The notes below the pieces were generated by a model. The model searched no databases, was not told the DNA's origin, and worked only from the letters and a program-made list of their open reading frames with translations. Positions 17,870 to 26,604 of a stretch of 30,437 bases of DNA are shown here, piece by piece; within the stretch, counting starts at the first letter, position 1; each line of letters begins with the position of its first letter. A program made the translations under genes and the position numbers. Source of the DNA: Opitutales bacterium (GTDB lineage: Bacteria; Verrucomicrobiota; Verrucomicrobiia; Opitutales; JABSRG01); contig JBMYOQ010000054.1 of the NCBI GenBank assembly GCA_049599475.1, positions 1 to 30,437 on the forward strand, given 5' to 3'.

Positions 17870-20800
17870 ATGAAGCAATTACACCAATACCCCGAGAAAG
17901 AATTTGAACTCAGCCTAAGGAAATATTCGCTGCGATTGATATTGAGCGCGACCGTAACCCTTTGCGGCATAATCTCTCAAGTGCATGCCGAAAGTGAATA
18001 CCTCGGCTCAAAATGGCGGAATTTTGCAACAAACGAACCGGAACCCAAGGAATTCGGGACCTTGTTTGATCATTTGGTGGTTCAAGGTAACTGGAATTGG
18101 AAGGTCGAAGAAGATAGGGATAAATACGACTGGAAGGATCCAGATGCTGAACTGGCATTCGCACACGAAATGGGACTGAGTACGAAGTATCAGGGCCTTT
18201 GGTATCCTGCGAAATCTCAAAGCTGGCTGGATGCTGATAACATTGAAGAAGAAGTTGTAGAATATACACGTGATTTATTGGAACGCTACGTCGTCGACAG
18301 GGGGTATACCCTTGATATGCTACGGGTGATCAATGAAATTGGTAATTTCACTAATCGACGCCCCAATATAGAAGTGGGTCTGCTCGATGGCTGGCAAGGG
18401 TCTGGTTCCCCTAACAATCCTGAGGTGCCAGGCGAAGATGATTATGATTGGTTGATCAATCTCTTCACCCTCATCCGCAATACCGTAGCAGATTTTGAGG
18501 ACGAGTTTCAGGATGAGTATCAGCAAAAATACGGAAAAGAATTAGATCTTGGGAACCTTGAGTACTTTATCAATGATTACGGTTTAGCGACGAGTAAGCC
18601 TAAGCGGAATAAAATGATTGGGATTATCAATACCGTAAATGATAATGGCAATCGCAGGTTGATCGATGCCTTAGGCATCCAGGCGCATGGGCTTGAGGAA
18701 GGAACGGGGGATCAAATCAAGGAGAACCTAAACTTATTTGCTGAGACAGGTGTAGACCTTCTCATCACGGAATACGATGTGGCGGTATTCAATGACGAAG
18801 ATCAGTTAGCTATTTATCAGGACCAATTCCCGGTGATGTGGGAGCATCCTGCTATCAAAGGGGTGACTCTATGGGGACACGTGGAAGGCAATATGTGGGC
18901 ACGTAAAGCGGAGGCATATATGGTGAGTATAGAAGGCGAAGATAGGCCTGCGATGACTTGGCTTAAAGCCTACATGGCTACCAACGAGTCGGGCCCAGTC
19001 TTATCTTTTCCACCGACAACAGCCCAGTATTATCCGATGGGCTCTGAGGCAAAGATTCAGGTGAAAGCCAATGACCGAAATGGCATGGATCGGGTCGAGC
19101 TGTATGTGAATGGTAGCCTTTTTGATACTGTAGTAAAAGGGTATCAGGACGAAGAATACGGAAAGCACGACTTTTCATTGGAGAGTCTCGGTGTCGGGAC
19201 TTATGATGTGACAGCTGTCGCCTATGATACACTGGGTAATTCCAGCTCCCTAAGCAAAAATATATCGATCATTGAGCCTCACTCTATCCCCAGTCGTGAG
19301 CCGGATTTGATCATCTATGCCATTGCAGATGCTTTTGTCCGCGGAGGGGAAAACGAAGATAACAATTATGGTAGCAACAGTGTGCTGAGCATTAAAAATA
19401 ATTCGGGCAAAAATTGGTATGAATCGTTTATGAAATTTGATTTAAGCGATATCGATCAACCCATTGAAGCGGCGCTGCTCGAGTTAACAGTCGAGACCAA
19501 CGGTTCTAGTAATAGGGATGCTCCAGACATTCTGGCTAGATATGTAGAGGATAATTCGTGGGAAGAAGACTCTTTGACTTTTGTTAACCGGCCTGTCGTG
19601 TCTGATGTTGTGGGTCGAGGGACGGTTTCCGCCATTGGTGAAAAGCTTAGTTTTCATGTAGCGCCTTACATGAGCTCGGAAAGATCCCCGGATAGAATGT
19701 TTTCTGTAAATTTGAGTGAGAAAGCACGTAAGCAGAGCGTTGATTTCTACAGCAGTGAATACACGACGGATTCCACTGCGCAACCTCGCTTGCTTATCTA
19801 TTTCAGTGATGAACCAATCGAAACATTTACTGCGACGGTAAATAATGGCAGTGGGGACGGAGATTATGCCGAGGGTTACAGTGTCGGTGTCACTGCCGAT
19901 GAACCTGCGCCGGGGCAGGTGTTTGACGTATGGACAGGAGATGTGCAATATTTAGACAACCCCTCTGTGCCGACGACCACGCTCACGATGCCCGCGGCTC
20001 CAGTTACGGTAACTGCTACTTACACAGCGGCACAAAGCTATGTTTTGACAGTTGTGGGAGGCAGTGGCAGTGGCACCTATCCGGCCGGTATTTCGGAGAG
20101 TGTGAGCGCTGGTGCGGCACCTGATGGACAAGTGTTTGATGTCTGGACAGGCGATGTGAGTGGAATCGAAAGTGTTGATCAAGCGGATACAACGCTAATT
20201 ATGCCAAATTCCGATACATCGATTACTGCGACGTATGTAGTCCCTGCCGTGGATTCCATCACGATTGATCTCGATGGCTACGAGAACGTTACAGATGATA
20301 TTGAGATCGATGTAGCCCAAGGCGGTTTTCAAAAGTTCGACATTCGAGCAAACACGACACCTGCTGAGGATTTTGGTCGGGTGACATTTTCATTGGTTTT
20401 GGATGGAGTCTCTCAAGCCTGGCGCAGTGATCAAAACGTAGCCTATGAGCTCAAATCCAGGCATCTCGACGAGGACGAATATAAGTTTGGTGAGCATACA
20501 TTGACAGTGACTCCTTACGACACGGATAACGTGGCAGGCACGCCCTTGACTTTGAACATTAATGTGATCGATAGCAGCCTGACCGACTATGAAATGTGGT
20601 CGGATAACTACAGCCTAACAGCCCCTGTAGGAGACGATACGGACGGAGATGGTGTGAAGGATTATTTCGAATATCTCTATAAATCCGACCCCAAAGATCC
20701 TTCAAGCAGAGGGTTGATTGTTGAGGCAAAAGAGTCGCCCGATAGTGATTCCGTTGTTTTCGAATGGGCAGTCGCGGAAGGCTTTGTATTGAATGAAGAC

Positions 20801-20968
20801 TACATCTTAGAGGTATCGAATAACTTGTCTGGATGGGATGTGCCGGATCCATCTGAATATACGATTTCCGAAGTGACGGCCGATGGTTTCACTCTGTTAA
20901 GTCTAGAACTACATGACGCTGGTCCGGACATTTTTGTTCGTTTGATCCAGCCTGAATCAAACCTGTGA
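17870..20968 (+). CDS. Secreted divergent GH10-family glycoside hydrolase with Ig-like, DNRLRE/CBM96-like, two InlB-B/Flg_new-like repeats and C-terminal DxDGD domain
   Basis: GH10 motifs VINE (acid/base), FINDY, GIQAH, ITEYD (nucleophile), GVTLWG and RPAMTWL. ADAFVRGG...NYG...SFMKFDLS...W.E module. Two GQVFDVWTGDV repeats. Confidence 0.85.
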   Translation: MKQLHQYPEKEFELSLRKYSLRLILSATVTLCGIISQVHAESEYLGSKWRNFATNEPEPKEFGTLFDHLVVQGNWNWKVEEDRDKYDWKDPDAELAFAHEMGLSTKYQGLWYPAKSQSWLDADNIEEEVVEYTRDLLERYVVDRGYTLDMLRVINEIGNFTNRRPNIEVGLLDGWQGSGSPNNPEVPGEDDYDWLINLFTLIRNTVADFEDEFQDEYQQKYGKELDLGNLEYFINDYGLATSKPKRNKMIGIINTVNDNGNRRLIDALGIQAHGLEEGTGDQIKENLNLFAETGVDLLITEYDVAVFNDEDQLAIYQDQFPVMWEHPAIKGVTLWGHVEGNMWARKAEAYMVSIEGEDRPAMTWLKAYMATNESGPVLSFPPTTAQYYPMGSEAKIQVKANDRNGMDRVELYVNGSLFDTVVKGYQDEEYGKHDFSLESLGVGTYDVTAVAYDTLGNSSSLSKNISIIEPHSIPSREPDLIIYAIADAFVRGGENEDNNYGSNSVLSIKNNSGKNWYESFMKFDLSDIDQPIEAALLELTVETNGSSNRDAPDILARYVEDNSWEEDSLTFVNRPVVSDVVGRGTVSAIGEKLSFHVAPYMSSERSPDRMFSVNLSEKARKQSVDFYSSEYTTDSTAQPRLLIYFSDEPIETFTATVNNGSGDGDYAEGYSVGVTADEPAPGQVFDVWTGDVQYLDNPSVPTTTLTMPAAPVTVTATYTAAQSYVLTVVGGSGSGTYPAGISESVSAGAAPDGQVFDVWTGDVSGIESVDQADTTLIMPNSDTSITATYVVPAVDSITIDLDGYENVTDDIEIDVAQGGFQKFDIRANTTPAEDFGRVTFSLVLDGVSQAWRSDQNVAYELKSRHLDEDEYKFGEHTLTVTPYDTDNVAGTPLTLNINVIDSSLTDYEMWSDNYSLTAPVGDDTDGDGVKDYFEYLYKSDPKDPSSRGLIVEAKESPDSDSVVFEWAVAEGFVLNEDYILEVSNNLSGWDVPDPSEYTISEVTADGFTLLSLELHDAGPDIFVRLIQPESNL
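19826..20236 (+). repeat. Intragenic tandem duplication of a 66-aa module (19826-20023 and 20039-20236)
   Basis: Both copies read TV..GSG.G.Y..G....V.A...P.GQVFDVWTGDV.........TTL.MP......TATY. Similarity is also visible at DNA level. Confidence 0.85.
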
Positions 20969-21044
20969 TTCTAATAATGTATTTGCTGAAAGAGGTCAGG
21001 GGAAAACGATCTCTTTCAGTGGAAGTTAGAAAATTGAAAATAAT

Positions 21045-21076
21045 AAAGGGCGTCCGTGGGGGGCGCCCTTTTTTTT
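21045..21076 (+). terminator. Rho-independent terminator after the GH10 gene
   Basis: AAAGGGCGTCC-GTGGG-GGGCGCCCTTTTTTTT. Confidence 0.88.
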
Positions 21077-21107
21077 AACTCTCCGGGAGTGTATCACCCT
21101 CGAAAAC

Positions 21108-21162
21108 GTAGGATTCGTTCTCGGCCTCTGTATATTGGAGGCCTGACAACGCAAGTCCCTAC
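21108..21162. repeat. GTAG...CTAC bounded imperfect inverted repeat (REP-like)
   Basis: GTAGGATTCGTTCTCGGCCTC pairs imperfectly with GAGGCCTGACAACGCAAGTCCCTAC. Confidence 0.5.
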
Positions 21163-21289
21163 ATCATTGGTATTCGAACCGCACGTTTCGGAGAGGTGTC
21201 CCAACCAAAATTTACTATTGTCGGTATAATCTTCCGCAAAACTTCTGGGCCGTTACCTGCTTAGAGCAACGGCGTCCATCTAAGGTAAA

Positions 21290-21433
21290 ATGAAACAATT
21301 GTTCAAAAACCAAAAATTATTCACTGCGATTCTCGTCGCGAGTGTTCTCTCGGTTTCGTTTCCAGCCGGCTTCTTAACCGACCCCAGAGATGACGCTAAC
21401 CCAGCGACAAGCGTGAACGTCTTCAAAGAGTAG
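21290..21433 (+). CDS. Putative 47-aa small protein with signal-peptide-like N-terminus
   Basis: Hand translation: MKQLFKNQKLFTAILVASVLSVSFPAGFLTDPRDDANPATSVNVFKE*. TAAGG lies 4 nt upstream of the ATG. The ORF is below the track's length cutoff. Confidence 0.45.
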   Translation: MKQLFKNQKLFTAILVASVLSVSFPAGFLTDPRDDANPATSVNVFKE

Positions 21434-21548
21434 GCTGTTCGAAAACAATCCATCATGGATGCTACAAACTGCTAATTCGTCAGAAAACGTTTCTCAGTAG
21501 GATCTTCGTCTATTTACCCGAATTCATTTTCACATTGAACTTGAGCAC

Positions 21549-21576
21549 GTAGGGGCTCTGCTAGTGGAGACCCCAC
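21549..21576. repeat. GTAG-bounded short hairpin (REP-like or terminator) downstream of the beta-helix gene
   Basis: GTAGGGGCTCTGCTAGTGGAGACCCCAC. Same GTAGGG...CCCCAC ends as 10715-10749. Confidence 0.45.
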
Positions 21577-21603
21577 ATTCTGCGTAAGAGTCCGAGTCGC
21601 CCC

Positions 21604-24333
21604 TCACTCGGAGATTCTTAGGCGGTAAAAGGAGTTGTTTGAGTGGGAAGGTAGGGGGATGGTTGCTACAACGTTTAATGTATCAGGGAATATTTTTTCC
21701 TGCGCGATACTGACGTTGGGAACCATTTCCCATAAATGTAGATCTTCACTGGTTTCAATGACCATAAACGCTTCCTCGCTAATTTGTTCATTCACATCGA
21801 AACGCAGTTCGAACCCTTCCGGGCCTAATGAATAGGTAAGGGGTGATTGGGTTTCTAAAACCTGTGGATCTCCTTTAAAAAAGTATTCGGCGAGGTTGGC
21901 ACTGTTATCGCCGTCTGGGTCGGAAAGACCGGAGCGCTCATCGGGATCTAGACTAGGGTAGAGCTCGAGCCATTCATTGAAGGTTAATACCGGATTGCTT
22001 AAGACAATATTTACTTCTGCGTAGCTGTTCCAAGCGTTTGTCGAGTTGCCTGTGCCGTTGATCCTGACGTAGCGAGCTTCGGTATCCGAGGCATCGAATG
22101 TTTGTAGTTCCAATGTTCGGACAGGGCTGGTGCCGTCAAAGATTGTTGTCCATGTGGAGCCGTCCAATGAAAGCTCGATCGATAGATATGAATCGCGCTG
22201 GTCTCCGCTTAAAAAAGCTATGGCGACGGCCTCCACAATATGAGGTATCCCTAAATTGTATTGTATCCATTGGTCGCCTTCTGCCGACCACCGGGTATTG
22301 AAATCCCCGTCGAGGGTCAGTTCAGGTAAATTGGGCTCCTGGGATTCGCTTGCTTCTACAGAAATCGGATTGTCGTTAATCGGGCGAATACCGGAGACCA
22401 CGACTTCGGTGTAAAAGGTATCGTTTAAACCGCTCGACAGCGCGGTGGATTCAAGAGAGAACGTGTAAACTCCGGGGCGAGAGAATAGAACATCCGTGCT
22501 TAATGATGTTGGATTACTTATTGTTGGCGCTGTAGGTCCAGTTAGGAAACTCCATTGAGCCGCAAAGTCTTCGGCTTGCGCATTTTGGCCACCTATCTTC
22601 ATTTCCAGGGGCGTGAGGCGTATGCTATTTTCAAAGGCTGATAGTTCAGCCCTCTCAGGTAAAGGCGTGTAGGGTGTCCCCGTTGTGATCAGGCGTCTGC
22701 GCTCTACTTGATCGAGATACAGAGAGAAAGGTTCGAGCGTATCTCCCAGCCCTTCACCTTCCACGTGATCGAGGGGGAGTGTCTTAGGATTGTCACCAAC
22801 ATCTACGGTCGTGCGTTTTCCGCGGGTTCCGATTGCGTATCCATAGCGGCTTTGTTCTGTCCATACAATTTTTTGCTTTCTGCGGCCATTCAACCCCTCG
22901 AGGTTCCAGAAAATCGAATGTGCCGAGGTAAGATTGTGATTTGGCTCAGAGCCGAATGGGCGGTAGCGCGCTTCGAAAAAAGTGTTATCTCCGGTACAGG
23001 TGTCTACCAGATTTGAATGACTGAAGTGCATATGATGGTCGCTATTGTTACCCTCACCGATTTCTGTCGAGTTGTGGATGACGTTACCGCTAGAAATCAT
23101 CAGTGCGAACACGAATCCGTGGCGAGCGGAGGTGGCCGAACTACCTTTAATTAAGCATTCGTTTGTCTGAATCCGGAACATGTAGCCATTGCCGCCCCCG
23201 CCGCGGTATTGTGGATGTTTAAAATGTAGATCTGAAAGGGTGAGGTCGCGGGAGTCTTCCAGCTCTATACCACCGCTTAAGGTATGAACAGTGAGTGTGT
23301 TGTCGGCTGGCTGATAACTCTCGACGCGGCGTACCCAGCAGTTTATTGCTCTTGTAATGGTAATTAAATACGCTGCATGGGCATCGTAGGCTCCAGTGTC
23401 TTCGATTTGGTAGTCGCTTTCCTCCCATCCGGTAAGCGCGCTTTCTTTCATACCCATTGAAAGGTCCTCAATCCCGCATTCGTTAATGGGATCTTGGGGC
23501 TGTTTAAAGACACGAGCGTTGTCTCGAGTTTTTAGATAGTAGCGGGTAGGGGAATTTAAAGTTAGCGTCGAGTTAGCGTGGTCGATATCTGTAATGATTC
23601 TCCCATACGCGAAGCCTTTAAGTTGTTGGCCAAAGCCTATCCAATCCGTCTCGTCATGTTCTGTGACCCAATCATCGGTTACGTCAGCACGCACGACGAC
23701 CGAGTCACCTATATTAAATTCTGAAGTGTCTGAAACTGGGATAACAGACGTCGGTCCCATTAAATCTTGAGTAATAGAGACACTGATTGGGGCGCTGTTA
23801 TCCGTATCATAGTACATACTCGCTTCGCTCGAGCCTTCTATTCGCACGACAGACTTTTTCCGCATCTCGGCGCTCGTATTATAAATGAAAGTTTGGTCCA
23901 CGCCGGCACCCCTCAAAACAACGCCCGACTGATCAATTTTGAGGCTATAATCACTATCCCCTTGCGGCTGCACCCTGTAGGTGCCTGCGGGTAGATATAC
24001 CACGCCCCCTCCAGCGATCTCAGCATCATCAATAGCCTGTTGGATCGCTGCTGTGGCATCGGAAGAGCCTGTATTGTCCGCATTGTAGGGTGCCTGGGTG
24101 ATATCGTAGACAGGACCTGTGATTTCTGGGATCTCCTCGCCGTTACGATACCCTACAGTTGAGAAATCTTGGATGAGTTTTTCGGTTTCAAAACTTTGAG
24201 TGACATCGGGGGCTTGCCAGTCAGCGGGATAGAGTTCACTTCGCCACGCCGCTAAGTTACAGCACAGACCGAGTGTGAGAGAGATGAGGCAGATCACTCG
24301 GTTTGAAGTGATTGTTTGTCGTTTAATTTTCAT
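21604..24333 (-). CDS. Secreted right-handed beta-helix (Pectate_lyase_3-type) polysaccharide enzyme with PKD-like, F5/8 type C (CBM32) and C-terminal DxDGD/FYRL domains
   Basis: Signal peptide; DFSTVGY; ADNTGSSDATAAIQQAID...GGGVVYLPAGTY; VVLRGAG; CBM32 LDGDFNTRWS..DQWIQYNLG...ARYVRI.G.GNS.NAWNS. Confidence 0.85.
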   Translation of the reverse strand: MKIKRQTITSNRVICLISLTLGLCCNLAAWRSELYPADWQAPDVTQSFETEKLIQDFSTVGYRNGEEIPEITGPVYDITQAPYNADNTGSSDATAAIQQAIDDAEIAGGGVVYLPAGTYRVQPQGDSDYSLKIDQSGVVLRGAGVDQTFIYNTSAEMRKKSVVRIEGSSEASMYYDTDNSAPISVSITQDLMGPTSVIPVSDTSEFNIGDSVVVRADVTDDWVTEHDETDWIGFGQQLKGFAYGRIITDIDHANSTLTLNSPTRYYLKTRDNARVFKQPQDPINECGIEDLSMGMKESALTGWEESDYQIEDTGAYDAHAAYLITITRAINCWVRRVESYQPADNTLTVHTLSGGIELEDSRDLTLSDLHFKHPQYRGGGGNGYMFRIQTNECLIKGSSATSARHGFVFALMISSGNVIHNSTEIGEGNNSDHHMHFSHSNLVDTCTGDNTFFEARYRPFGSEPNHNLTSAHSIFWNLEGLNGRRKQKIVWTEQSRYGYAIGTRGKRTTVDVGDNPKTLPLDHVEGEGLGDTLEPFSLYLDQVERRRLITTGTPYTPLPERAELSAFENSIRLTPLEMKIGGQNAQAEDFAAQWSFLTGPTAPTISNPTSLSTDVLFSRPGVYTFSLESTALSSGLNDTFYTEVVVSGIRPINDNPISVEASESQEPNLPELTLDGDFNTRWSAEGDQWIQYNLGIPHIVEAVAIAFLSGDQRDSYLSIELSLDGSTWTTIFDGTSPVRTLELQTFDASDTEARYVRINGTGNSTNAWNSYAEVNIVLSNPVLTFNEWLELYPSLDPDERSGLSDPDGDNSANLAEYFFKGDPQVLETQSPLTYSLGPEGFELRFDVNEQISEEAFMVIETSEDLHLWEMVPNVSIAQEKIFPDTLNVVATIPLPSHSNNSFYRLRISE

Positions 24334-24456
24334 TATAACCAGGGTGAAGAGAAATGCGAATGAGGCTTTATTCTTAACTTACGTTTCTGGGAGAGGCGAT
24401 GTCCTTGGCGTCCGGGGAGCCAGATGAAGCGGATATTGAAGGCGATGTCCCTTCGA

Positions 24457-24490
24457 AGGTGTAGAGGGGTGCGTGATTGCCGAAAACCTT
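24457..24490 (-). promoter_or_regulatory. Candidate promoter element AAGGTTTTC-GGCAATCACG-N11-ACCT upstream of the beta-helix gene
   Basis: GGCAATYACG-N11-ACCT is shared, with identical spacing, with the DUF5060-gene upstream region (26625-26649). Confidence 0.5.
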
Positions 24491-24513
24491 ATCCTCGGTG
24501 TCACAAGATCCGT

Positions 24514-25926
24514 TTAGTAGAAGGTCAGACGCAATTCTTCAGTTTCGCCTGTCGGAGTCCCGTCTGCATTCAGCGGGGTTGCTTCAATGGTATAGGTATC
24601 TTTTTCGACAACCCATTCGAAGAAATTGATTCTACCCTTGTCGGCGTTGTAAAAATCGCCGCCCAGCGTGTAGGGAGGAATCGATTCTATACGGGTATAA
24701 TAGCCGTCTTGGACTTCTGCATCTTTGATGGTTTTCTCATTCTCATTGAAGTTTCCTGAGACTTTTATGCGGAGCTTTTCATAGTTTCCTCGAAGCGAAA
24801 TGGCTAGGTTGATCCCTCTTTTGGGTAGTTCATCAAGCGAGATGCGTGCGCCGTCTTGGAGATCCTCGTAGCCTTGCACGGGTTTACCTCTGCCTACCGT
24901 TACCATGGTGAAGCGCTCTACATATCCTGGCTCGCTTGGTTTAACGAAATCCACTTCAGGGCCCTGGCCAGCCATGAAGCCTGCTTGGACGATTGAGCCC
25001 TCAGAAGAGGAGTCTTTTCCGTAGAGGACCTTACCTTTGGTGACTTCCAATGAGTCGTAATCGTAATCTACTTTGAGAGTAAACTCGGTGCCTATGACAT
25101 GGGTTGTGGCATTGGGCGTAAATATCACCGCGGGTTGATCTTCGGTCTGCGGCTCTATCTTTGCCCGAAGCACCCCACTGAGCAGACTTACATGTTTGGC
25201 TTGTGGGTATTGTTTGCTGTCCGAGAAGTTGCCTTGGCTAAACTGCGAAATTTCTAAGGTGCTCCCATCTGGGTAGGCTAGTTTCGCTTTACCTTCGCTG
25301 AGTATTTTAAACCGGGTGCCGGGGATTATTTTATCTCCCTTTGAAACTGTGGAGACGTTCTGATCATGCGTGAGTTCTATCTCTCCTGAGACAACTTTCA
25401 GAACGCGGGGATCTGATCGATCGTGTTGAATGGGCTCATTGGTATTGATGAGGAAAATGGCTACGACGCAGGCGAACGCGAGGGCCGTAAAGGCTGCGGC
25501 GATACCGAAAGGGCTTTTTCGTTTTGTTCTCTTCTGACGACTCGTCGACTGTTTTAAATAGGAAACAGGCGCTTTTAAAGGGGGGCTCTCGAGGGAGTTT
25601 GTAGGGTCGCTTGTATCGGTCGTTGTCTTCTCCGGAGCAACTTTGATTTTGCCCATAATGGCGTCCAGTGCGTTTTCTTCGCGGGCTTGTTGCGTTTGCG
25701 AAATAGACGCGGCTTGCGCCGGATCGATTTCGATGTCATGGGGATCCAGTGACAAAACCAGGCGCTGAAGATCGGCTGCTTCTCGAAGTTTAGACACGAA
25801 ATCCTCGTCTTGCATCCGCGTTTCAAGTGTAGCGAGTTCTTCCTCAGATAGAGAAAAGTTGAGATAGCCTTCGATGAGGGTCTGATCGTCGAGGCTCCCG
25901 GATGAGTTTTGAGAATTATCCTGCAT
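24514..25926 (-). CDS. FecR-type anti-sigma factor 2 with C-terminal Ig-like module
   Basis: 470 aa. TM segment GIAAAFTALAFACVVAIFLI; FecR core YPDGSTLEI, TPNATTHVIGTEF, LEVTKGKV. Overlaps the sigma 2 stop by 11 bp. Confidence 0.88.
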   Translation of the reverse strand: MQDNSQNSSGSLDDQTLIEGYLNFSLSEEELATLETRMQDEDFVSKLREAADLQRLVLSLDPHDIEIDPAQAASISQTQQAREENALDAIMGKIKVAPEKTTTDTSDPTNSLESPPLKAPVSYLKQSTSRQKRTKRKSPFGIAAAFTALAFACVVAIFLINTNEPIQHDRSDPRVLKVVSGEIELTHDQNVSTVSKGDKIIPGTRFKILSEGKAKLAYPDGSTLEISQFSQGNFSDSKQYPQAKHVSLLSGVLRAKIEPQTEDQPAVIFTPNATTHVIGTEFTLKVDYDYDSLEVTKGKVLYGKDSSSEGSIVQAGFMAGQGPEVDFVKPSEPGYVERFTMVTVGRGKPVQGYEDLQDGARISLDELPKRGINLAISLRGNYEKLRIKVSGNFNENEKTIKDAEVQDGYYTRIESIPPYTLGGDFYNADKGRINFFEWVVEKDTYTIEATPLNADGTPTGETEELRLTFY

Positions 25927-26515
25927 GGCTCATCTCCTTTTCCAAACATTCGCGCAATACAGCCTTACTTCTAAAAAGAATAGCACTTACCGAGTTGGGG
26001 GTCATCTGATGCTTCGATGCGATATCCTTTACTTTCTTTTCTTCGAGATAGCGAGCTACCACCAAATCTCGTGTTCTTCCTGCGAGCTTATTAATGCATT
26101 GTTTGAGTTGCTTCAGGTAGGGAAGGCTGTGGATTGCCTCGGATTTTGGGTCAGGAGTATCGAAGAGCTTTTCGTCAATTCTCTCATACGCGGCCTCGCG
26201 CTGTCCTTTGCGAGACTTAAGATCCCTCCAGTGCCGTCGGACGACGTTATGTGCTATTCCTGCAAGCCAGACCCAGAGGTCGCGTTCGCGATCGAAGGTA
26301 TGTAGTCGATTCCAAGCGACTACGAAGACCTCTTGTGCCAATTCATCTGCCTTGTGCGCGGAAGGCGATGTGCGCGAGACAATGAAGCCGCGAATTCGGC
26401 CGAAATACTTGCTCACAATATTGCGATAGGCGTTGGCATCGCCTGCGTCGATTTGACGTAGCGTATCGATGTCTTCGGCGATACTTGCCTGAGCAGGCGT
26501 GATGTTTGGAGGCAT
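25916..26515 (-). CDS. ECF sigma-70 factor 2
   Basis: GDANAYRNIV, ADELAQEVFVVAW, VWLAGIAHN, LKQCINKL..R.R.LV..RY, LFRSKAVLRECLE. Start is ATG 26515 or GTG 26530. Confidence 0.92.
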   Translation of the reverse strand: MPPNITPAQASIAEDIDTLRQIDAGDANAYRNIVSKYFGRIRGFIVSRTSPSAHKADELAQEVFVVAWNRLHTFDRERDLWVWLAGIAHNVVRRHWRDLKSRKGQREAAYERIDEKLFDTPDPKSEAIHSLPYLKQLKQCINKLAGRTRDLVVARYLEEKKVKDIASKHQMTPNSVSAILFRSKAVLRECLEKEMSHAG

Positions 26516-26604
26516 TGGAGGGCTTTTCACAAAGTTCTGATAAGGATGACTCGTCTATACTTTCGACGTATATGCCCATAAATGGTCAAATCTTCGTTTT
26601 TTTC

